A stretch of 64,000 bases of DNA from Microbotryum violaceum (taxonomy: Eukaryota), in NCBI GenBank assembly GCA_001244265.2, contig CDLV01000010.1:744001-808000 (forward strand), in the 5' to 3' direction. The notes under the pieces were generated by a model. It was given only the letters and a program-made list of their open reading frames with translations, had not been told where the DNA came from and made no database searches. The translations under genes were made by a program, and so were the position numbers. Shown here piece after piece: positions 13,788 through 26,816 of this stretch (the stretch's first letter is position 1; every line of letters starts with the position of its first letter).

Positions 13788-14761
13788 TTTGCCATCCTCC
13801 CCCAAAGTGGGATCATGCGGTGAGAAAAACGACAAAACTTCTTTCTGCTCGTTGGGTCCGATACTTCGAAGCCTGGGCGTTGGTGACCACGCTCAATCCC
13901 CCGGAACTCTCCAAGAGCCAGAACCTAGAGCAATAGGCGACGCACGTACTCTATTTCCCAGCGGGCCACGGAATACAACTCTCGGTAAACCCGACGCTTT
14001 TTCGAGGGCCCGATGGCGAGGTGATGACCCCGTCTACATCTGTGAACGCGTCCAAACGCCACCAAGTCTTCATCTTCCCCCCTATCTTCCCCAAGGGACA
14101 CCAGAAGGTATTCGATCTGCCTGAGCAACGCTGGAACGCTTGGTGGAAGGCTTTGCGCAAGGTTCGCCGGGTTCGCTCGGACGCCGAGGATACCAGCCAC
14201 CTTCTCTCCCTGGGGTCCCTCCATCCGGGAAGCCAAGTCGCCTCCCCAACCAGCCCGCACCCCAACAATCGATCTACCTCCTGTGTGATGTGCCTCTCGG
14301 AAGCACCCGAGTGCCTGGTTCACCTCGCGGTCGGCTGCCCAATTGCCCGGCGCCTCTGGTCTGCTCTGTCCCCGACCCCCCACCCAGTCTTTGTGGACTT
14401 TGTATGCCCGGTCGTGTCTCGCCCGGAACGTCGACTTGTCGAACTACGAGTCCTCTTCTTTCACTCGATCTGGAAGCTCTGTCGCCGTCGTCGATTCTCG
14501 TCGGATCTTTTGGAACCGATCACCGAAACGGAGTTCGAGGGGCTTCGAGCCTCTATCCAGGAGTCCAAGGGTCGCCTAGTGTCTCTGTAAGATACCAAAG
14601 GGGGTTTTAGTGGGTATGGTTGATCCTGGTTCATGGTCAATGAGTCCTACACTACTGGCTTCTGCCAGTGTGCGTAACAACATTCCCTCCGACTTTTCCG
14701 AAGATTTCTAGGTATTAATATAATTATGCTGTTAATGAAGTCCATCAAATAAATCAAAAAA
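13788..14761 (+). mobile_element. 5'-truncated non-LTR (LINE) retrotransposon fragment
   Basis: ORF2 C-terminus with zf-RVT-like CVMC...HLAVGC, interrupted by an in-frame TAG at 13934. About 170 bp of 3' UTR with AATAAA and an A-tail at ~14756-14762. Candidate TSD AGTCGG at 13782-13787 and 14762-14767. Confidence 0.75.
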
Positions 14762-15966
14762 AGTCGGCCTCAGAAATTTCTCGCGGTGAGCCATCGAAAC
14801 ACAGGCTGCAGGTCGATCGCATCGAGGGTCTCGCTGGTGACGCGATGGAACTGGGACTCTGTAAGGGGATGCCTTACAGAACAGCCCTATAAGTAGCCTC
14901 TGAGTAGCTAGAACTGCCGAGTTCTAGTTACGACTTGCTTTTAGTCTAGTGGTCAAGAATGACAGATTGTATTTTATGCACATCAGAGGCGCATACCTTA
15001 CAGACTCGAAGGCGGCCCAAGCGTTTGAGCGTTGAGTTGTGTGAGAGGCTCACTGACACTCGGTCCGTCCTTCACCGTCTCATCAATCCCATCAAAATCG
15101 GCAGAATTGCTCTCGACGTCCGAGCTCGAGCCGCGGGCATATCCGACCGGGTCGATGGTCGCAATACTATGAGATCATGCGTGATCGCACCGCCGCCGTC
15201 GCTGCAGTGCATGCACGGAACAGACCGTCTTTCATTCATTATCTCGGGGAGCTAAAAACCTGTTAATGCTAGAGACGGAGTCACTAGCGCGTAGGTGGGG
15301 CTTACTAGTCTCCGAGAGGCACTGGGGCAAAAGGACGCCGGTGATGACCGCACGTTGCTTAAATCACGGGCAAATTTCGGGAGGGTCGTTAAGGACTCCG
15401 CTCCTACTCGGCGTAAGTAAAGACAAAAAAGTCGGCCGTTTCTCCGAGCAGCTCGTAATAACGAGACAAACGACGGTTGGTAACCTCGGGTATATGCTCT
15501 CGCCCGCCGCGAGTCCAGTGCGCTCCTACCGCCCCATACACGCGTCGCCAGCACCGGCGCCGAGGTGCGCGCACACGCGCTCATTGGGAAAACAGGAGGC
15601 GCCACTCGCCTTGCCGCAGCGCACGGGGACATTTTGCGATCTGATAGCAGCCGGTGCCCCTCAAATTCGTGCACCTTGCCCTCCGCGCCAGCTACGACGC
15701 GGTAATTATACTCGAACCCAGTCTCACCTCCCTTCCTGCTTCTCTCCCTCTCCGTATACCGTGTTCCCGAAACTTGTCGCTTCCCTTTCTTGTTCGGTCT
15801 CGTCCTTTTCCTCCACCCCGGTTTCGCTTGCGAACCTTCCTCCCGTACCAACTCGCGTGTTCGTCTCTTACCTTCGCGCCATTCCTCGTTGCTGTGTAAC
15901 GGGACGCTCGGACCTTTTTCCGACTCGATCGACTCGAGCGAACCCGCCACCACCTTCATTTCAAGT

Positions 15967-18637
15967 ATGCCCGCCGCGGGCGAGACTCCCACCGCGAGCG
16001 TCAGCGCTGCCCCACCGACCCCACTTGCGCCTTCGCAATGGTCCACCGCGGCTTCGTGCTCTTCTCCACTCTCGACGATCCCCATCATGATGCCACTGTC
16101 GGATAGTTCGACCCACCATTACCGCCCATGCTCGAGAGAGTCCAACTCGTCGTGCGATTCGTTCAGCAGCAGCTTCGACGACTACGGCGTCGACGCCTTC
16201 TCCGAGAGCGGCTTCGGCGCGCTCGGCGCTACGACGACAACGAGCTTCGGTTTTGGCGGCGGAGCTATGGCCAGCGGCGCAGGGGCCTCCGGTGCTGGCA
16301 CCTCGGCCGCACTCGAACCTTGCATTAACGGATCCGGCTTCATGGTCCGTACCCACCTCGACGATGCGCATGATTTCATGATCGAGGTCACGTGGTCCGA
16401 GCTCATCGGTCTGCTCGTCGATCGTGAGTGATCTCTCGAAAACATACCAGATCGAACGACACAGTAACCCTCGGCCTCGGCCACCGGATGTCATTGTGCA
16501 CACCAATAGCTGATTCCGTGTAACACTCTTTCTTTATTCATCAGCTTCAATCAGTCGCAACCTTGGTCCCGCGCATCTCGTGTCCAAGATCGTCACGTTC
16601 GTCCGAGGCAAGTTCGAGTCAACAGACTCTGGTTCGCGTTGAAGCTGATCTCCGACTTTCTACGCCAAATCACACAGCTGAGCTCGGACATTCAGATACC
16701 TCTTCATCGCCCTTTCTGTACCAAGCCCGAGCATCGGGTATGCAGCCGAGCATGCACGGTGATTTGTCGTCGATCAACTCGGTCGCCAACGATATGGAAT
16801 TGCTCGCCGTCCGTCCCCACGATATTTTCCCCTCCAATGTCGGCTCGACCGAAGACTTGAACCAAGTTAAGGATGTGTTGGTGAATTCACTGCATCCCTT
16901 GACCACGAGTACTAGCTCTTACGTGACCGAGGGCTACGGCTCGGGCACTGATGCTGGACTCGAATCGGCTAGTTGGACCAACCAATCGAAGTGGCGCGGC
17001 CCCTCGAACATTCATCCCGGACCAGCCCACCCTAAGCAACACGACATTTCTACCACCGGTCAATACGCCAGGTCGTCGCATCCTTACAGTGCCGGGCCCA
17101 ACGAGTTGCTCGAACTCCCCACTTCTCGCCCCGGCCAGAGCTACCTTTCGAACGAGCTGCAAGGGATGCAGCTGCAGCCGAGGTCGGGTCCTGCTCGACC
17201 CGAGCCTCGTTCTCGGCATAGTAGCGACGCACATTCAATGCAAAGGGCGATGTACCGAGATCAAGGCCGACCCTACTCGAGATCGGGATCGGGCCTGCCG
17301 ACCTCGTTGCCTCCGTCGGGGGGCCACTCGATCCGATCAGCCAAGTCCGAAAAGGGCGAGCATGAAGGATCGTCAAGTCACCACGACTCGCGCCCTTTAC
17401 AACCTCTCAACGGACGTACCGAATTATACGTGTTTGACGACCTGTCGCAAACCGTCGCCCGCGTCAGCCACGGTGCGGAAGCCCTGTCCCCCGATGCGGC
17501 CCTCATCGAGTTCCCCCCTGGATCCTGTGAGTCATATTTTGAGCTCTTGAACCAGTTTACGGGTTCATTAAAACAGCTAACCATACTTTATGATAGACCA
17601 CCGCGTCTTTCACGAAGATTTGGAGGTCCTCCCGTCGGATATTGGCCATGGTCGCGCCGTCCTGTGGCTTAGGGGTCAAGTCTGCCTTGCCAAGTGTCGT
17701 TTCCGCCTCGAAGGCAAGGTCAGTCGACACATGCCCATAGTTTGGACTGGCAGGTATGAAAGAGATGTTAAGAACAATCTTCCTTTCTTCAAACAGCGAC
17801 CTGCGGTCATTCGAGCTCATTTTGCAACCTGCAAGCTGCGCGAGGGCCTTTCGGTCGACCCGCTCGGTCGCTTGTGCCGACTGCAAGTCGAGGCTCGTCG
17901 ATGGGCGACAGAGCGCGATCGCGAACGTCTCGCCAACAGTGCAGCTTCGATTAGATCTCTTCCGGACTCGTCAAACTGCGACTCCGATGACTCTCGCTCG
18001 GTCCGATCAGAGTACTCGATCCAGAGCACGGGCTCGTCGGTGACTTCATTCTCGGCTTCCCACCCTTCTGCGCAGCCTACGGTGGTCAGTTGACTTGGGA
18101 GCATTCCTCTATCAAGTCCAACGAACGAGCGTTGGATCAGGTATGCTGACTGACCCTTCAAATACACTTGCTCAATACATCTCAGCTCGGACCCGTTCGT
18201 CCAATCCGTTCGCGACAGCACCCTGACGGACGTCCGCTCGCCATTATCGCCGGCGCCGGTAGCAACGACGGCGATGGGCCCTATGGAAGCGGAGACCGAC
18301 CCATGGTGAGCCCAAGGATATAGATAATTCAAATTTCTAATGATGCAGGCTCACATTCGTGGGATTCCTTTGCGCTCAACGTTGCCAGGTGTTGGACGAC
18401 GAGGCCGCGGTCGGCTCGGAAGACGCGGCGTATGCGCTCGCGAGTGGGGGCACGGCGAACCAAGGCGGTCACTGGACTGACCAATGGCTGGAACAACATG
18501 CCTCGAGCGATGTGATGAACGGGGATGCACTTCGTACAGCGACGCTCCCGCGTGCTGGGGCTCATCGCTCGACTCGGTCCATGGCGCAAGCGGCCGCGGC
18601 CGGGACAGGGGGCGCCTCCTTCTTGTCGATCGAGTGA
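15967..18637 (+). CDS. Hypothetical multi-exon protein, Ser/Gly-rich with short globular segments
   Basis: ORFs 15790, 16563 and 17590 join in phase through introns 16425-16544, 16608-16677 (GC-AG) and ~17528-17596. No recognisable family. Start and last exon uncertain. Confidence 0.55.
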
Positions 18638-19006
18638 AAACTCAAATTCCGGGTTTGCTTTACGGACACGTGTATCGCTTCGACTTTCATATGATAGACA
18701 CTGTTTTCATTCTTTGTTGAGTTTTTGTTGATTACATTATACCCCGCCACAAACTCATACCTACTGTCGCTCTTTTCACTTAAACCCACGGCTGTTGCCA
18801 TCTACCCACCCGTGACCCACGTCCTCATCTCACCGAGGGCCGCGGCGCCTCGCCCTTGCTCTCGCTCGTAGCGGACGGGGCCAAGCCGGGGCCAGTCGTT
18901 TTTCTTGACTCGGGCGCGCGCGGGGCTCGTGATTTGCGCCCCCTCTCGCCTGTGCCGTCCTGCGCAGCTTTCCCCATCCCACCACGCCCCACCAATCCCA
19001 TCCAAG

Positions 19007-21017
19007 ATGCAATCCGCCGCTCGCCGTACCGCGCAACTGGCCCTCCGTCAAGCCGTCCGAGCCCCCTCGTCGGCGGCCTCGACGCGCTTCTACTCGCTCC
19101 TGACCAAGGCGCGACAGGTCGCTGCTCCTCGCACGCCCGCCGTGAGTTCTCCAAATCCAAGCCCGGCCTTGCGCGCCCCAGCTGCAGGCCGCCAGCCAGC
19201 AAGCGACGGCCAATGATTGCGCCGGAGCATTCTTCGCTAACCACACTGCCTATCCACTCTATAGACTGTCCGTGGCATCAAGTCGCTCGACTTTGGTGAC
19301 GGCAACGCCGAGACCGTCTATGAGCGATCCGGTGAGTCTGTTGAGCCTCGCCGCAGATCATCTCTCTACTAGCACCCGGTCCTAGATGGCACCTTACAGG
19401 ATCTGCGTTAACAAAAGGAAAGAATATGGGAGAAGGTCCTGCCTTGACGGCGCTCCCGCGGGATGATCTGACCGTCGGGAGACAGAATTGTGCCGGCAGA
19501 CCGTCTCGTGTTACCTTGCGCGTGCCAAGACCCATCGGCGAGGATCCTAGTGCATCCGATGCAGCCATTGTCTCATCTGCGAGCTTCTCGCTTCGAGATG
19601 GCATCGATGGATACTCTCTGCACCATCGCATTTCTTCCCAGACGAGCGGTAACTGACCAGTTCCAACTTGCATCTCGTTTTCTTCCTCTTCTGTACCCGC
19701 GGCTTTCCTTCAGACTGGCCCCTTCCCAAGCTCCAAGAGTGAGTTCGGTCACAACGGTTCATGCGCCCCGAACCCCCCGGAACTAGAAACTGACCAGATC
19801 GAACCGTTAATCCCCCCTCTGCCCCGCTCCTCAGGTACCTCAAGAACGACACGCTCGCCTTGATCGGTTACGGCTCGCAGGGTCACGGCCAGGGTCTCAA
19901 CGCCCGTGACAACGGCATCAACGTCATTGTCGGTGTCCGCAAAGATGGCGAGTCGTGGCGCCAGGCCCAGGAGGACGGATGGGTAAGCAAGCGCACCCGT
20001 TTCCAGGGAACTAGGCAGATTCGAGTCAATGCTGATCTTTCAACTCGCCACAGGTCCCCGGCAAGAACTTGTTCTCGATCGAGGAGGCCATCGAGAAGGG
20101 TACCATCATCATGAACTTGCTTTCCGATGCCGCCCAATCCCAGACCTGGTCGCACATCAAGCCCCTCATCGTACGCTTTTCGCGCGTTGTATTAGGCACC
20201 AGGCAGTCGAACTGACCCGCGGGTTGTTCTTTCCCTTTTCACAGACCAAGGGCAAGACCTTGTACTTTTCGCACGGTTTCTCGGTCGTCTTCCAAAAGGA
20301 CACCGGTGTCATCGTCCCCGAGGACGTTGATGTCATCCTCTGCGCCCCTAAGGGTTCGGGCCGAACGGTGCGCACACTCTTCAAGGAGGGCCGCGGTATC
20401 AACTCGTCAATCGCCGTCTGGCAAGACGTGACCGGCAAGGCCATGGAGAAGGTTCGCGCTATCGCCGTTGCCGTCGGTTCCGGCTACTCGTACGAGACCA
20501 CGTTCGAGAAGGAGGTCTACTCGGATCTCTATGGTGAACGAGGCGTCCTCATGGGAGGCATTCAAGGTCAGTCTTCGCCCGCCGCTGATCTCCTCGTGTT
20601 TCAGGGCACTGATCGACCCGGAAAACCACAGGTATGTTCTTGGCTCAATACCAGACCCTCCGTGAGAACGGGCACTCGCCGTCCGAGGCCTTCAACGAGA
20701 CCGTCGAGGAGGCGACCCAGTCCTTGTTCCCCCTGATCGGCAACTACGGCATGGACTACATGTACTCGGCGTGCTCGACGACGGCCCGTCGTGGTGCACT
20801 CGACTGGGCGCCCAAGTTCTACGAGGCCAACAAGCCCGTGTTCGAGAAGCTGTACGCCTCGGTGCGCGACGGAACCGAGACGCGCCGCTCGCTCGACTTC
20901 AACGGCCGCCCGACCTACCGCGAGGACTTTGCCAAGGAGTGCAGCGAGATTGACCAGCAAGAGATGTGGCGTGCCGGCAAGGTCGTCCGTGGCCTCCGCC
21001 CCGACAACAAGAACTAG
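19007..21017 (+). CDS. ILV5: Mitochondrial ketol-acid reductoisomerase
   Basis: Arg/Ala-rich presequence, IGYGSQGHGQGLN, FSHGFS, APKGSGRTVR, SDLYGERGVLMG and SPSEAFNETVEEA. Confidence 0.96.
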
Positions 21018-21322
21018 ATCCATATAGCCCTCGTCTCGTGTCTTGTTTCTCGGCCCTCCCCCAATCAAAAAGAGCCCACGAGTTGGGATCAGATAGGTTG
21101 TGTTTTCTAGTGACTTTGGGATGAGATTTTATCTTGAGGTTGACCCAATGCTATTTGACGTATCTGTACTCCTCTTTATGCTTGGGCCTATGGGCTGAGA
21201 GATCGAACCTGCTGATTCATACCAGAGACCGCTCGAGACTGCCCCTGACTGCCCGAGGAAGCGCGGGGGGCGCCGAGCTGGTGGTTGCCTTCGCGCCTCA
21301 ACGATCACTGACTTTCACCAGC

Positions 21323-23776
21323 ATGCCCGAACCCTGTGAATGATGAGCACAAAGCGCGTTCCCTTCACGCAACCTTTCAATGATGCTCATGCACCCATTC
21401 CTCCTCGTCAGATTCTGTTGCGGTGCTCGTCGTCTCCGACACCGCCGCCGCAACGCCGTCGACGGACCTCTCTGGCCCGGCCCTGCGCGAGCTACTGCAC
21501 TCGCACCCGGACTTCAACGTCGTCCAACAAGCTATCTTACCCGACGACAAGTCGCGCATTTACGGCCAGGTGAAGCGCTGGTGCGACACGGAGGGGATCG
21601 AGTTGGTGCTCACAAGTGGCGGGACTGGTTTTGGGATCAGGGACCTTACTCCAGAGGTGAGCAGATTTGAAATGTCCAAATGATTTGATTTGCACTTTTT
21701 TTTTGGAACTTACTCCCGTATGTCTCCGCTTGTGCAGGCGCTGACACCCTTGATCGACAAGCATGCTCCCGGGTTGGTGATCCAAATGATCAACACCTCG
21801 CTCTCCATCACCCCGTTCGCCTCGATTGCCCGACCCGTAGCTGGGATTCATCTTAACGCCCGAGTCCAGGATGGGACGGGTACCATGATTATCACCCTTC
21901 CTGGATCACCCAAGGGTGCTAAGGAGAACCTGCAAAGTTTGCTAAAAGTATTGCCCCACGCTTTGGAATTGTCGACTCGAGGAGGGTCGGGCAAGGCCGT
22001 GCACAAGGAATTGGGCAACACCGACCGGACCAAGTCGGTCGTTCCAAGTCTATCGACTGAACCTGTTGTTGCTGAAGAGCGCAAGCACCGAGGTTGTGGT
22101 CACGACCATGGCCATCATGCGCCGAAAACGAGGACCGGCAATCAACCCCTGAGTCAAGATCCTTCCAGGAGTGGTCAGTCCCGACTCGCCTTTGAGGAGC
22201 GTGCATGACAATCTGAACTTGTTCCCGGACTCGGACTTTCATCACTCACCAGTCGCCAAGCGCCAACGCGCATCGCCCTATCCCATGGTCGAGTACCGAG
22301 AAGCCCTATCGCTCATCTTTGACCACACCCCGGTCACCTCCATCGAGACGATGCCGACCGACGAGCATCTAATAGGGCACGTCCTCGCTCAGGACGTGGT
22401 ATCGGACATCAACATTCCTATGCGGCCGTCCACGAACGTCGATGGGTACGCCGTCAGGTGTGAGCCCCTTCGGCGGAGGGCCAAACATCAAAGTCCGTCA
22501 TTAATTTCTTTCGTGTCCTCTCCCATGCCACAGCCACGGACAAGCCGGGAGTGTACAGGGTCGAAATCGAGTACCCATCCTCGCCTCTACCAGAAGGGTC
22601 GATCTACCGCATCAACACAGGGGCTCCTTTACCCCCGGGAATGGACAGCGTCATCATGGTCGAAGACACCCAAGTCACCTCGACCGAAAACGACGAAGAG
22701 AGGGAAGTCGAGCTTTTGGCTCAGGTCGACCGGGGGGAGAACGTGAGGAACCTGGGGAGTGATGTCAAGGTCGGAGAAAAGGTGCTGGAACAAGGAAACT
22801 ATATTTCGGGTGTCGGTGGCGAGTTGGGCACGCTGGCGTTCATCGTCAAGCGATCGGTGAGTCGAGGGCACTGCCAATCCTGTTGTCGGCTTTGGCTGAT
22901 AGTGGTGCTCGTTTCCCATCCGCGCAGGCGAAAGTCCACCGCAAGCCCATCGTCGCCGTCTTATCGACCGGGAACGAACTAGTCAATATTCAAGACACCT
23001 CAAAGCCCAAGCACTCGACTTCGAGCCTCTCCGCCATCATCGATTCGAACCGGCCATCCCTAATCCAGATCCTCAGGAGCCTGCACTTCCAAGTCCTCGA
23101 TCTCGGGATCATTGGGGACACGATGGCTGAGACTGTGGCGGCGCTCAAGAAGGGCAAGGAAGAAGCGGATGTCACTGTTACGACCGGGGGGACGTCGATG
23201 GGTGTCGGTGACTTACTTAAGCCTTGTATCGAGCGCGAGCTGGGCGGGACGGTTCACTTCGGCCGAGTGGCGATCAAACCCGGGTGAGTTCCAAGCAGGC
23301 TTCATCGGTGCCCAGACCTGAGTTTGATTAACATCCAACGCTATAGGAAACCAACAACGTTCGCCACCCTGCCCGCTCACCCTATGGCGCCGAACCAAGA
23401 CCCCAAGCTCGTCTTCGCCCTACCGGGTAACCCCGCCTCGGCCCTCGTCACCTTCTTCATCTTTGTCCTCCCCGCCCTGCGCAAGATGCAAGGTCGAAGA
23501 AAGAGCGAATGGGAACTCCCTCGAGTCCCCGTCGTGTTGGACAGCACGGTCCCTCTCGATCCTCGACCCGAGTACCACCGAGTTTGGGTTCGTCCGACGA
23601 CCCAGGGTTTGAAGGCTCTCTCGACTGGGGGTCAACGATCGAGTAGGACCGTTTCTCTCGCGGGCGTGAATGGGTTGTTGGAGCTGCCGAGTGAGACGAA
23701 GGACGAGAAGGAGAAGAAGCAAGGCGAGACGGTCATGTGTGTTTTGGTGGGAGAGATTGGGTCTTCTTTGGCTTGA
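21323..23776 (+). CDS. cnxE: Gephyrin/CnxE-like molybdenum cofactor biosynthesis protein (MogA-MoeA fusion)
   Basis: G domain: [31 protein letters not shown]. His-rich linker. E domain: [41 protein letters not shown]. Confidence 0.92.
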
Positions 23777-23884
23777 ATGGGCACGATGTTTCGGTCCGCA
23801 GTAATATCTAAGTACATTTCAACAAGGGGCTCCATCGCCTGAACCAAAGCTTTGAGACAACGTATCTTCTCACACGTTAATAAA

Positions 23885-26300
23885 TCATAACTTGGCCTGG
23901 AGCTTGGCCACTCGTTCCCCACCATGTCCATACACCAATAACTCCTCCAACTTGCGCTCCCCGCTTCGCACCTCGTCGCTCTTCTCGAGCATGTCTCGCA
24001 GCGAAAGACTGGTCGCTCGCGCCGCGCCTGAATGAACCCACATGTCGAAGGCGAAAGCATCGAGCTCGGCGTTGTCTTGTTCTTCCCGGGTGGAGGCGGA
24101 CCAGAGAACTTGTTCGAAAAGGTGTGCGGAGGAAGCGATGTATCCGATTAGGTAGAGGATGAGGCGAGGGATTCTTGGGTCCACGGCGGCACGAGAGATC
24201 TTAGCGGGCTGGTAGAGCGCGACGGCTTGGCCGAGCAGCTCGAGATCCGAGATCAACTCGGCGATGCTCGAGGCGTGCTTCTTTGGAGCTTGGGAGAAAA
24301 TGGATTGGGCCCACTGCATCACGGAAAGGGAGCCGAAGGTCAGTTCGAGTGAAGGTTAGCGGATGGTTGCGGGCCGACTTCGAGGACTCACCTCGGCGAA
24401 AGCAGCGAGAGCTTTGCCCTTTGTGCCATGAATGACCCGAACGACATCCAAAGCAAGCGTGTTTGTCGTTCCTTCCCAGATGCGCTCCACGTTACAATCT
24501 GCAATGAACGTCCCAATCTCATTCTCGACCATGTACCCCTGACCACCGAGTGCCTCCATGCATTTCGTCAACTCGGAGGTTGCGAGATCCGCAGCGAAGG
24601 TTTTGATGACGGGCGTCAATAAGCGCAACCTCATCGATTCGGAGTGAGTAGGCCCTTTCTCATTTACTCCGGCTTCTGATTTTCCGAGCAATAACGCGGT
24701 ATTGAAGCAGAAATGAAGCAACGCTCGATGTACCAGCTCGGACTGCGCCAAAGCCGCGGTGTGCATCTCGTTGTGAAGCAGCAGACCACCATTCTTGCCG
24801 CCAACATGTCGCACTTGAGCAAAAGCTCTCGCAATGGCCAGACAGTGCCCTAGGCCTGTCGTACAAGAGATGGCGGAGTGCACTCTCGTGATGTTGAGCA
24901 TGGAAGCGATCGCGGATACGCCTCGACCCAGTTCACCGACAAGTTGCGCCTTGGCTCCATTGATCGACAACTCGGCCGTGGGCAGGTATTTCGTACCGAA
25001 CTTGTTCTTGAGTCGATGGATATATATCCCGTTTGTTGTTCCATCTGGGTTTCGCATCGGGATGGCGAACGTGGACAGGCCGCGAGACCCTTCGCCGCTG
25101 GTTCGAGCGAGGGCAAGTGACATGTCTCCGTCGGTAGCCGAAGAGAACCATTTGAACCCATCGATGATGTACTCCGCTCCACTGTGAAACCAATTTCCTG
25201 TGTCAGAACCCAGCGAGTACTCCTGCAAACCCGTTCAAGAGGACTTACTTCGCCGTAGCATTGCTGCTCGAGACGGGCTTCGCTACCGTTTCGGTCAAGG
25301 ATACATCCGAACCCCCACTTTGATACATAGCATGCTGGAGGTCAGCTTTCACTACGCGCTAGTATTTGAACAGATCAACATAGCAACTCACGGCCTCTCA
25401 GTCATCCATTGAGCAGCGGTGATGGCCGTGTCTGGATTCCGACTCGCCAACAAGGGGAGATAGTCTCGCTTCATCTGGTCGGTACCGAAGAGCGTGAAGG
25501 CGCGTTGAGCTCCGTCGGTCATGGCCATGGGGCAGCCCACAACTGAGAGTAGAGGTATTGGACATTAGTAAAAACCAATTCCCTGCGTCCATACTCTGAT
25601 AGCTGCGCGGGAAGGTCGACTAGGTCTCGCCGGCTCCTCCTTGGAACCGGTCAGAATTCTTCCCCACAGCATGGGATTGCCGAGCCGCCCCGAAGGTTCC
25701 GGCCGGGACTAATGAGGAGATTCAAACGTACCTCCTCCTCTAGGTGTAAACAAATACGTCTTTGCGAACATGTGAACCCTCGAATATGGTCCATCTTCCC
25801 GTTTCATCGGGATTTCGACCAGTCCTTCCTCAGCGGCGACGCGCTTCAATCCTCGCCAGCCTTCCGAGGTTTCGAGACGGTCAACTCGACGACCCCACTG
25901 GGCAGAGAGGGATCATCGTCAGTAAGAAGTCTGAAAGTCATTGCTAGAAATTTGGACCGAATCCAACGGGTTGTGCACGCGATGTATCGCTTAAATTCGT
26001 CCTCGCCGAGGCCCAAGCCAAATTCTGCCCCACCCCCTCACGCGCATGTGATCGACGACAGTCTGAAGTGCGCCAGCAACTCACCTGATCATACTTCGTC
26101 AACTTGGCCTCCCCCAACTTGCCATGCAAATCCGTCATCTCCCCCGCGATCCTCTCCTGAAATACCTTGCAATCACCATCGATCTTGGTGTAGACTTGTT
26201 TGGGAACGAGGCGTCGAATGACCGCTTTCAACGGGGTCGCCGAGTCCCATGCTGGGGGAAGCGTGTAGGGCGTTTGTTGGAAGCCTTCGCTGATCAACAT
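23885..26300 (-). CDS. AidB-like acyl-CoA dehydrogenase with PTS1
   Basis: CPMAMTDGA, QWMTERP-GGSDV, GFKWFSSA, RLKNKFGT, MEALGGQGY and IWEGTTN. The C-terminus ends AKL. Confidence 0.88.
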
Positions 26301-26816
26301 CTCTGACACTTGCGAAGAGTTGGAATCATGAGAGATTCTGGGACTGCTGAGTAGATCAGAGGTGAAGAGAAGAGGCCGATAACGATACGGTGTAGCGCTC
26401 TTAAAACTTAAGTTCAAGGTCCGGTTATTCGGGCACGAGCCAACTCCGGCGGGGCTCGGGCAACCCTCACGCGCCCTCACGAGTTCCTCATGCGAACAAG
26501 GTCGCATGGGATGACCTACATTCAGGGTTACCCACCAATAAGAACTTGAGCTGTACTTTCCGTGACTTGGTTTCACGGTCCAAAGCCACTCAAGAGGCCC
26601 TATGATGTCGCGCATTTGAGAATTTATATTGTCTTTCACGTCAGCAACGTCGCGTCAGTCCGAGCAGATTCGACGGCTTGGCACCTTCTAAACAGCCCAA
26701 GTAGCCCACACCTAGTTCGGTTCCTGCCCGTGCACGGTTGATCGCAAACAGTAACATCCTTACGAGATCGTTTCCGAGACGACTAAGCCCACTTCAACTT
26801 CAACTCGCCTCGGTCG

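Noticed and set aside
19332..19713. TPP riboswitch or box C/D snoRNA in the ILV5 intron
   Set aside because: No CUGAGA TPP motif, and no RUGAUGA box C paired with a terminal CUGA.
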